From a virus (lineage: Duplodnaviria > Heunggongvirae > Uroviricota > Caudoviricetes): a stretch of 14,206 bases of DNA. Made by a program: the position numbers and the translations under genes. The stretch spans positions 1-14,206 of IMG/VR virus record IMGVR_UViG_2531839665_000025; one strand, written 5' to 3'. The notes under the pieces are model-generated. The model had not been told where the DNA came from, ran no database searches, and saw only the letters and a list, made by a program, of their open reading frames with translations. Positions 7,908-14,206 of this stretch are shown here, one piece after another; the stretch's first letter is position 1, and each line of letters starts with the position of its first letter.

Positions 7908-8324
7908 TTATACCTCTGAATCAATATCAACCTGATGGTGAGCAATGGTTTCAACCATGTACCGGATGTGTTCTGCCATGCGCTCCTGAAACTCAACATC
8001 GTCATCAAACGCACGGGTAATGGCTTTTTTGCTGGCCCCGTGGCGTTGCAAATGACCGATGCATAGCGATTCAAACAGGTGCTGGGGCAGGCCTTTTTCC
8101 ATGTCGTCTGCCAGTTCTGCCTCTTTCTCTTCACGGGCTATCTGCTGGTAGTGACGCGCCCAGCTCTGAGCCTCAAGACGATCCTGAATGTAATAAGCGT
8201 TCATGGCCGAACTCCTGAAATAGCTGTGAAAATATCGCCCGCGAAATGCCGGGCTGATTAGGAAAACAGGAAAGGGGGTTAGTGAATGCTTTTGCTTGAT
8301 CTCAGTTTCAGTATTAATATCCAT
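7908..8324 (-). CDS. gam: Gam, RecBCD inhibitor
   Basis: 138 aa [88 protein letters not shown]... matches lambda Gam. Confidence 0.96.
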   Translation of the reverse strand: MDINTETEIKQKHSLTPFPVFLISPAFRGRYFHSYFRSSAMNAYYIQDRLEAQSWARHYQQIAREEKEAELADDMEKGLPQHLFESLCIGHLQRHGASKKAITRAFDDDVEFQERMAEHIRYMVETIAHHQVDIDSEV

Positions 8325-8422
8325 TTTTTATAAGCGTCGACGGCCTCACGAAACATCTTTTCATCGCCAATAAAAGTGGCGATAGTGAATTTAGTCTGGA
8401 TAGCCATAATTGTTTGATCCAT
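8279..8422 (-). CDS. kil: Kil (host cell-division/FtsZ inhibitor), 47 aa
   Basis: [47 protein letters not shown]; internal ATG 8420-8422 of the 89-aa track ORF; 46-nt overlap with gam and 32-nt overlap with cIII as in lambda. Confidence 0.9.
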   Translation of the reverse strand: MDQTIMAIQTKFTIATFIGDEKMFREAVDAYKKWILILKLRSSKSIH

Positions 8423-8555
8423 TTTTTGGGACTCCTGGCTGATTAAGTATGTCGATAAGGCGTTTCCATCCGTCACGTAATTTACGGGTGATTCGTTCAA
8501 GTAAAGATTCGGAAGGGCAGCCAGCAACAGGCCACCCTGCAATGGCATATTGCAT
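8391..8555 (-). CDS. cIII: CIII, FtsH/HflB inhibitor that stabilises CII, 54 aa
   Basis: Translated by hand from the minus strand: [54 protein letters not shown]; not in the ORF track as a separate ORF (different frame from kil). Confidence 0.88.
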   Translation of the reverse strand: MQYAIAGWPVAGCPSESLLERITRKLRDGWKRLIDILNQPGVPKNGSNNYGYPD

Positions 8556-8627
8556 GGTGTGCTCCTTATTTATACATAACGAAAAACGCCTCGAGTGAAG
8601 CGTAATTGGTATGCGGTAACGCCGCGC

Positions 8628-8996
8628 TCAGGCGGCCTTGATAGTCATATCATCTGAATCAAATATTCCTGATGTATCGATATCGGTAATTCTTATTCCT
8701 TCACTACCATCCATTGGAGGCCATCCTTCCTGACCATTTCCATCATTCCAGTCGAACTCACACACAACACCATATGCATTTAAGTCGCTTGAAATTGCTA
8801 TAAGCAGAGCATGTTGCGCCAGCATGATTAATACAGCATTTAATACAGAGCCGTGTTTATTGAGTCGGTATTCAGAGTCTGACCAGAAATTATTAATCTG
8901 GTGAAGTTTTTCCTCTGTCATTACGTCATGGTCGATTTCAATTTCTATTGATGCTTTCCAGTCGTAATCAATGATGTATTTTTTGATGTTTGACAT
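8628..8996 (-). CDS. ea10: Ea10 protein (122 aa)
   Basis: MSNIKKYIIDYDWKASIEIEIDHDVMTEEKLHQINNFWSDSEYRLNKHGSVLNAVLIMLAQHALLIAISSDLNAYGVVCEFDWNDGNGQEGWPPMDGSEGIRITDIDTSGIFDSDDMTIKAA matches lambda Ea10; SD GAGGA upstream. Confidence 0.93.
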   Translation of the reverse strand: MSNIKKYIIDYDWKASIEIEIDHDVMTEEKLHQINNFWSDSEYRLNKHGSVLNAVLIMLAQHALLIAISSDLNAYGVVCEFDWNDGNGQEGWPPMDGSEGIRITDIDTSGIFDSDDMTIKAA

Positions 8997-9014
8997 CTGT
9001 TCATATCCTCACAG

Positions 9015-9042
9015 ATAAAAAATCGCCCTCATCTTGGAGGGC
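9015..9042 (-). terminator. Putative intrinsic terminator (minus strand): GCCCTC-CAAGAT-GAGGGC plus T6
   Basis: Inverted repeat 9025-9030 / 9037-9042 with A-run 9017-9022 on plus; lies just upstream of the ea10 SD; a near-identical element is recalled in lambda. Confidence 0.5.
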
Positions 9043-9159
9043 AAAGAAGATTTCCAATAATCAGAACAAGTCGGCTCCTGTTTAGTTACGAGCGACATTG
9101 CTCCGTGTATTCACTCGTTGGAATGAATACACAGCGCTGTGTTTATTCTGTTGTTTGCG

Positions 9160-9184
9160 TGAAAATGAAATCCGCCTGAGCGGG
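9160..9184 (-). terminator. Possible terminator hairpin (CCCGC-TCAG-GCGG) with U-rich tail just 3' of the 293-aa gene
   Basis: Minus strand reads CCCGCTCAGGCGGATTTCATTTTCACGC; tail is only moderately U-rich. Confidence 0.35.
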
Positions 9185-10066
9185 TTATGACCACTTTTTG
9201 TTTGGGTTTCGTTGGTGAGCGTGGTTTACAGGATTATTTGATATACCCCATAACTCTGACTCGCTTATCTCTACACGAGAGAAAGACCTGCTTTCTTTCA
9301 GTTCTTTTATAAACCTAGAACCTAAGATGACATCTATTGTACCAGAAAGTTCTTGTAAAAGATCTATGTTTTTTCTGAGGAAGAAAATATCTTCTTTATA
9401 TTTAATTTTTACATAGAATTTATTCTGTATTTTTAATATATCAAAGCATGGCAGATATCTATATCCCTCATATTTTCGCCACTGCTTAACAATTATAACA
9501 TCTTTTTCATTTACTGCATTAATCAGCCCAAGACCAAGTACAGGTATGAATATTCTATTGTCTGCCGAAAGCGTACAATTATCACCACCAGGCAAATATG
9601 TATAAATCATGTCGGAATTTTTATACGCATCAACGAATGCACGTAAGAAGCGTACATATTTTTGCCATCCGTTTATACCGAATTTACCATATAAGTATTC
9701 TTTATTTGTTAGAAGAAAACTATTTGTATCAGGATCCTTATCTACAGACCTGTCGATAAGATCTCCAACTACGTTTACAAAGTCAAAGACAGAGTTTAAT
9801 AAGAACAATTGTCTTTCAGTAGGGCGAATTTCAATTATGTAGCCAGGATGAAGACGATATTGCATCTGCTTACGAAGTATACCGAACGCTTGGGTCCGAG
9901 CATCTGAAAGCAACTTCTTGTCGCCATCGCCGTGAGCATTGTTTCTAATAAAACTGATATAATTTGCTAATTTTTCAGCCTCTTTTTTGTGTTTTTTTCG
10001 CTCTGATGCTGAGTCTATTGGTTTTGGTATGGACTTGTAATCAATCTTCTTCATTACGTACCTCAT
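9185..10066 (-). CDS. Hypothetical 293-aa cytoplasmic protein encoded in an AT-rich cargo block between N and ea10
   Basis: Long ORF MRYVMKKIDYKSIPKPIDSASERKKHKKEAEKLANYISFIRNNAHGDGDKK...; no hydrophobic segments; visibly lower GC than the flanks; start ATG 10064-10066 overlaps the N stop (ATGA), alternative ATG 10052-10054 has SD GAGGT; no family recognised. Confidence 0.65.
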   Translation of the reverse strand: MRYVMKKIDYKSIPKPIDSASERKKHKKEAEKLANYISFIRNNAHGDGDKKLLSDARTQAFGILRKQMQYRLHPGYIIEIRPTERQLFLLNSVFDFVNVVGDLIDRSVDKDPDTNSFLLTNKEYLYGKFGINGWQKYVRFLRAFVDAYKNSDMIYTYLPGGDNCTLSADNRIFIPVLGLGLINAVNEKDVIIVKQWRKYEGYRYLPCFDILKIQNKFYVKIKYKEDIFFLRKNIDLLQELSGTIDVILGSRFIKELKESRSFSRVEISESELWGISNNPVNHAHQRNPNKKWS

Positions 10067-10386
10067 GCCAATGGAATGGATTCCCCTTTAACCTTTTGTC
10101 TTCCTTGACAAGTTATACCGAACTCACCTGGCTTGCTATACCAAACTCGATGATTCTTGCGCTCAATACGTTGCAGGTTGCTTTCAATCTGTTCGTGGTA
10201 TTCAGCCAGCACCGTAAGGTCTATCGGATTCAGTGCGCTTTCTACTCGTGATTTCGGTTTGCGATTCAGCGAGAGAATAGGGCGGTTAACTGGTTTAGCG
10301 CTTACCCCAACCAACAGGGGATTTGCTGCTTTCCATTGAGCCTGTTTCTCTGCGCGACGTTCGCGGCGGCGTGTTTGTGCATCCAT
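10063..10386 (-). CDS. N: Antiterminator N (107 aa)
   Basis: MDAQTRRRERRAEKQAQWKAANPLLVGVSAKPVNRPILSLNRKPKSRVESALNPIDLTVLAEYHEQIESNLQRIERKNHRVWYSKPGEFGITCQGRQKVKGESIPLA, with an arginine-rich N-terminal RNA-binding motif; internal ATG 10384-10386 with SD AGGAGA; the 151-aa track ORF is an upstream extension. Confidence 0.9.
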   Translation of the reverse strand: MDAQTRRRERRAEKQAQWKAANPLLVGVSAKPVNRPILSLNRKPKSRVESALNPIDLTVLAEYHEQIESNLQRIERKNHRVWYSKPGEFGITCQGRQKVKGESIPLA

Positions 10387-10543
10387 CTGGATTCTCCTGT
10401 CAGTTAGCTTTGGTTGTGTGTGGTAGTCGTAGTCCTGAACGAAAACACCCCGCAATGGCACATTGGCAGCTAATCCGGATTCGCACTTCCGGCCAATGCT
10501 TCGTTTCGTATCACACACACCAAAGCCTTCTGCTTTGAATGCT

Positions 10544-10574
10544 GCCCTTCTTCAGGGCTTAATTTTTAAGAGCC
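10544..10574 (-). promoter_or_regulatory. nutL: nutL: boxB GCCCTGAAGAAGGGC (10544-10558) and boxA-like GGCTCTTA (10567-10574)
   Basis: boxB is an exact lambda nutL boxB on the minus strand; boxA differs at its first base from the remembered lambda CGCTCTTA. Confidence 0.8.
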
Positions 10575-10619
10575 TCACCTTCAATGGTGGTCAGTGCGTC
10601 CTGCTGATGGCTTAAAATT

Positions 10620-10687
10620 ACAAGGAAGATTGTATGTTGTAAACAAGAAATATTGTAAAAAGGGGCGTGAAAAACAAACTCCATTGT
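10620..10687 (-). promoter_or_regulatory. 434-type left operator/promoter OL-pL: three 14-bp ACAA-N6-TTGT operators
   Basis: ACAAGGAAGATTGT (10620-10633), ACAAGAAATATTGT (10643-10656), ACAAACTCCATTGT (10674-10687) upstream (in minus-strand sense) of nutL and N. Confidence 0.8.
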
Positions 10688-10737
10688 TTTTAAACGGAAA
10701 ATAGTTTGTTTTTTTGTTATCGAGATTGAGGTGGGGA

Positions 10738-12090
<1,353 letters not shown>

Positions 12091-12098
12091 GACATTCC

Positions 12099-12130
12099 CG
12101 CTCTTACACATCCCAGCCCTGAAAAAGGGC
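12099..12130 (+). promoter_or_regulatory. nutR: nutR: boxA CGCTCTTA (12099-12106) and boxB GCCCTGAAAAAGGGC (12116-12130)
   Basis: Exact lambda nutR boxA and boxB immediately after the cro stop. Confidence 0.88.
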
Positions 12131-12140
12131 ATCAAAATAA

Positions 12141-12176
12141 ACCACACCTATGGTGTATGCATTTATTTGCATACAT
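12141..12176 (+). terminator. tR1 region (Rho-dependent terminator / cII leader), lambda-like
   Basis: Sequence accacacctatggtgtatgcatttatttgcataca matches the remembered lambda tR1 region between nutR and cII. Confidence 0.5.
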
Positions 12177-12209
12177 TCAATCAATTGTTATCTAAGGAAA
12201 TACTTACAT

Positions 12210-12503
12210 ATGGTTCGTGCAAACAAACGCAACGAGGCTCTACGAATCGAGAGTGCGTTGCTTAACAAAATCGCAATGCTTGGAACTGAGAAGACAGCGG
12301 AAGCTGTGGGAGTTGATAAGTCGCAGATCAGCAGGTGGAAGAGGGATTGGATTCCAAAGTTCTCAATGCTGCTTGCTGTTCTTGAATGGGGTGTCGTCGA
12401 CGACGACATGGCTCGATTGGCACGACAAGTTGCTTCGATTCTCACCAATAAAAAACGCCCGGCGGCAACCGAGCGTTCTGAACAAATCCAGATGGAATTC
12501 TGA
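12210..12503 (+). CDS. cII: CII transcriptional activator (97 aa)
   Basis: MVRANKRNEALRIESALLNKIAMLGTEKTAEAVGVDKSQISRWKRDWIPKFSMLLAVLEWGVVDDDMARLARQVASILTNKKRPAATERSEQIQMEF; internal ATG of the 117-aa track ORF. Confidence 0.95.
   Translation: MVRANKRNEALRIESALLNKIAMLGTEKTAEAVGVDKSQISRWKRDWIPKFSMLLAVLEWGVVDDDMARLARQVASILTNKKRPAATERSEQIQMEF
12219..12232 (-). promoter_or_regulatory. pRE cII-binding box TTGC-N6-TTGC (minus strand) within the cII 5' end
   Basis: Minus strand TTGCGTTTGTTTGC; same position as lambda pRE -35. Confidence 0.6.
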
Positions 12504-12525
12504 GGTTATTACTGGAACTATCAAC
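12447..12525 (-). ncRNA. oop: oop antisense RNA (about 77-79 nt) overlapping the cII 3' end, with intrinsic terminator
   Basis: Minus strand ends ...CGGUUGCCGCCGGGCGUUUUUUAUU (terminator at 12447-12475); sequence matches remembered lambda oop with a few substitutions. Confidence 0.75.
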
Positions 12526-12535
12526 AGGAGTCATT

Positions 12536-13375
12536 ATGACAAATACAGCAAAAATACTCAACTTCGGCAGAGGTAACTTTGCCGGACAGGAGCGTAATGT
12601 GGCAGATCTCGATGATGGTTACGCCAGACTATCAAATATGCTGCTTGAGGCTTATTCAGGCGCAGATCTGACCAAGCGACAGTTTAAAGTGCTGCTTGCC
12701 ATTCTGCGTAAAACCTATGGGTGGAATAAACCAATGGACAGAATCACCGATTCTCAACTTAGCGAGATTACAAAGTTACCTGTCAAACGGTGCAATGAAG
12801 CCAAGTTAGAACTCGTCAGAATGAATATTATCAAGCAACAATGCGGCATGTTTGGACCAAATAAAAACATCTCAGAATGGTGTATCCCTCAAAACGAGGG
12901 AAAATCCCCTAAAACGAGGGATAAAACATCCCTCAAATTGGGGGATTGCTATCCCTCAACACAGGGGAACACAAAAGACACTAATACAAAAGAAAATAGA
13001 AAAGATTATTCGTCAGAGAATTCTGGCGAATCCTCTGACCAGCCAGAAAACGACCTTTCTGTGGTGAAACCTGATGCTGCAATTCAGAGCGGCAGCAAAT
13101 GGGGGACAGCAGAAGACCTGACCGCCGCAGAGTGGATGTTTGACATGGTGAAGACTATCGCGCCATCAGCCAGAAAACCGAATTTTGCAGGGTGGGCTAA
13201 CGATATCCGCCTGATGCGTGAACGTGACGGACGTAACCACCGCGATATGTGTGTGCTGTTCCGCTGGGCCTGCCAGGACAACTTCTGGTCCGGTAATGTG
13301 CTGAGCCCGGCCAAACTCCGCGACAAGTGGACCCAGCTCGAAATCAACCGTAACCATCGCCGCACAGATGGTTAA
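12536..13375 (+). CDS. O: Replication initiator O (279 aa; C-terminus shorter than and different from lambda O)
   Basis: MTNTAKILNFGRGNFAGQERNVADLDDGYARLSNMLLEAYSGADLTKRQFKVLLAILRKTYGWNKPMDRITDSQLSEITKL... matches lambda O up to ...KWTQLEINRN, then ends HRRTDG. Confidence 0.9.
   Translation: MTNTAKILNFGRGNFAGQERNVADLDDGYARLSNMLLEAYSGADLTKRQFKVLLAILRKTYGWNKPMDRITDSQLSEITKLPVKRCNEAKLELVRMNIIKQQCGMFGPNKNISEWCIPQNEGKSPKTRDKTSLKLGDCYPSTQGNTKDTNTKENRKDYSSENSGESSDQPENDLSVVKPDAAIQSGSKWGTAEDLTAAEWMFDMVKTIAPSARKPNFAGWANDIRLMRERDGRNHRDMCVLFRWACQDNFWSGNVLSPAKLRDKWTQLEINRNHRRTDG
12884..13010. promoter_or_regulatory. ori-lambda: four O-binding iterons (ATCCCTCAAAACGAGGGA type) plus adjacent AT-rich region inside O
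   Basis: Iterons at about 12884-12903, 12904-12923, 12926-12947, 12950-12972, followed by an A/T-rich stretch acaaaagacactaatacaaaagaaaatagaaaagattatt. Confidence 0.85.
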
Positions 13376-14048
13376 CTTTGACCGTGAGCAGATGCGTCGG
13401 ATCGCCAACAACATGCCGGAACAGTACGACGAAAAGCCTCAGGTACAGCAGGTAGCGCAGATCATCAACGGTGTGTTCAGCCAGTTACTGGCAACTTTCC
13501 CGGCGAGCCTGGCTAACCGTGACCAGAACGAACTGAACGAAATCCGCCGCCAGTGGGTTCTGGCTTTCCGGGAAAACGGGATCACCACAATGGAACAGGT
13601 TAACGCAGGAATGCGCGTAGCCCGTCGGCAGAATCGACCATTTCTGCCATCACCCGGGCAGTTTGTTGCATGGTGCCGGGAAGAAGCATCCGTTATCGCC
13701 GGACTGCCAAACGTCAGCGAGCTGGTTGATATGGTTTACGAGTATTGCCGGAAGCGAGGCCTGTATCCGGATGCGGAGTCTTATCCGTGGAAATCAAACG
13801 CGCACTACTGGCTGGTTACCAACCTGTATCAGAACATGCGGGCCAATGCGCTTACTGATGCGGAATTACGCCGTAAGGCCGCAGATGAGCTTGTCCATAT
13901 GACTGCGAGAATTAACCGTGGTGAGGCGATCCCTGAACCAGTAAAACAACTTCCTGTCATGGGCGGTAGACCTCTAAATCGTGCACAGGCTCTGGCGAAG
14001 ATCGCAGAACTCAAAGCTAAGTTCGGACTGAAAGGAGCAAGTGTATGA
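13368..14048 (+). CDS. P: Replication protein P (helicase loader), 226 aa; lacks the first 7 residues of lambda P
   Basis: MVNFDREQMRRIANNMPEQYDEKPQVQQVAQIINGVFSQLLATFPASLANRDQNELNEIRRQWVLAFRENG... matches lambda P from residue 8; start overlaps the O 3' end; no obvious SD. Confidence 0.88.
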   Translation: MVNFDREQMRRIANNMPEQYDEKPQVQQVAQIINGVFSQLLATFPASLANRDQNELNEIRRQWVLAFRENGITTMEQVNAGMRVARRQNRPFLPSPGQFVAWCREEASVIAGLPNVSELVDMVYEYCRKRGLYPDAESYPWKSNAHYWLVTNLYQNMRANALTDAELRRKAADELVHMTARINRGEAIPEPVKQLPVMGGRPLNRAQALAKIAELKAKFGLKGASV

Positions 14049-14206
14049 CGGGCAAAGAGGCAATTATTCATTACCTGGGGACGCATAATAGCTTCTGTGC
14101 GCCGGACGTTGCCGCGCTAACAGGCGCAACAGTAACCAGCATAAATCAGGCCGCGGCTAAAATGGCACGGGCAGGTCTTCTGGTTATCGAAGGTAAGGTC
14201 TGGCGA
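14045..14206 (+). CDS. ren: Ren (Rex-exclusion protection), 5' partial of gene, runs off window end
   Basis: Hand-translated MTGKEAIIHYLGTHNSFCAPDVAALTGATVTSINQAAAKMARAGLLVIEGKVWR (54 codons, no stop in window); ATG 14045-14047 overlaps P stop (ATGA). Confidence 0.85.
   Translation, partial: MTGKEAIIHYLGTHNSFCAPDVAALTGATVTSINQAAAKMARAGLLVIEGKVWR

Noticed and set aside
7023-8261. Plus-strand ORFs (7023..7289, 7046..7396, 7465..7935, 7748..8020, 8079..8261) and minus ORFs 7434..7667, 7862..8134 within exo/bet/gam
   Set aside because: Overlap near-identical lambda exo, bet and gam coding sequence in other frames; no support.
8423-8548. N-terminal extension of the kil ORF (89-aa form)
   Set aside because: Lambda Kil is the 47-aa internal-start product; the extension overlaps cIII, which is in a different frame.
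8560-8627. GC-rich hairpin GCCGC-GCTCAG-GCGGC between cIII and ea10
   Set aside because: No U-tract on either strand, so not called as an intrinsic terminator; lambda-conserved intergenic structure of unclear function.
10387-10518. 151-aa extended form of N
   Set aside because: N starts at the internal ATG with SD AGGAGA; the extension runs through the nutL/leader region.
12150-12209. 117-aa extended form of cII
   Set aside because: Extension covers the tR1/leader region; CII is the 97-aa product.
12852-13067. Plus-strand 71-aa ORF within O (other frame), and the repeat array around 12884-12972
   Set aside because: The repeats are the ori iterons inside the O gene, not a CRISPR array (no regular spacers, only 4 imperfect copies); the overlapping ORF is a frame artefact.
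13084-14086. Minus-strand ORFs 13084..13365, 13166..13414, 13829..14086 and plus ORF 13663..13902 within O/P
   Set aside because: Antisense or alternative-frame ORFs inside conserved replication genes.

Overview
This window is the left end of a lambda-type prophage sitting in the classical attB-lambda site next to host gene ybhC, running from attL through ren. Almost everything is on the minus strand except cro, cII, O, P and ren. Read from the sequence and ORF track: ybhC, attL (15-bp core GCTTTTTTATACTAA plus P' arm), int, xis, a left-arm accessory block, orf61/orf63/orf60a-like genes, exo, bet, gam, kil, cIII, ea10, an AT-rich cargo gene, N, nutL, then an immunity region of phage-434 type (434 cI and cro with the canonical ACAA-N6-TTGT operators), nutR, cII, oop, O with ori iterons, P and the start of ren. 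The backbone is lambda-like but interrupted by non-lambda cargo at three positions: (i) between xis and ea22, a terminator-flanked 114-aa gene plus a zinc-ribbon protein, a MazG-like/DUF551-like protein and a TGT/DpdA-like protein; (ii) between N and ea10, an AT-rich 293-aa gene of unknown function; (iii) downstream of cI, a 134-aa signal-peptide protein in the position lambda uses for rexAB. There are also three lesions relative to lambda: an exo C-terminal frameshift, a roughly 85-bp deletion at the O/P junction, and changes in the orf61 homologue. All comparisons to lambda and 434 are from memory of the reference sequences, not from a search or alignment, and must be confirmed by alignment. 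No rRNA, tRNA, CRISPR array or transposase was seen.
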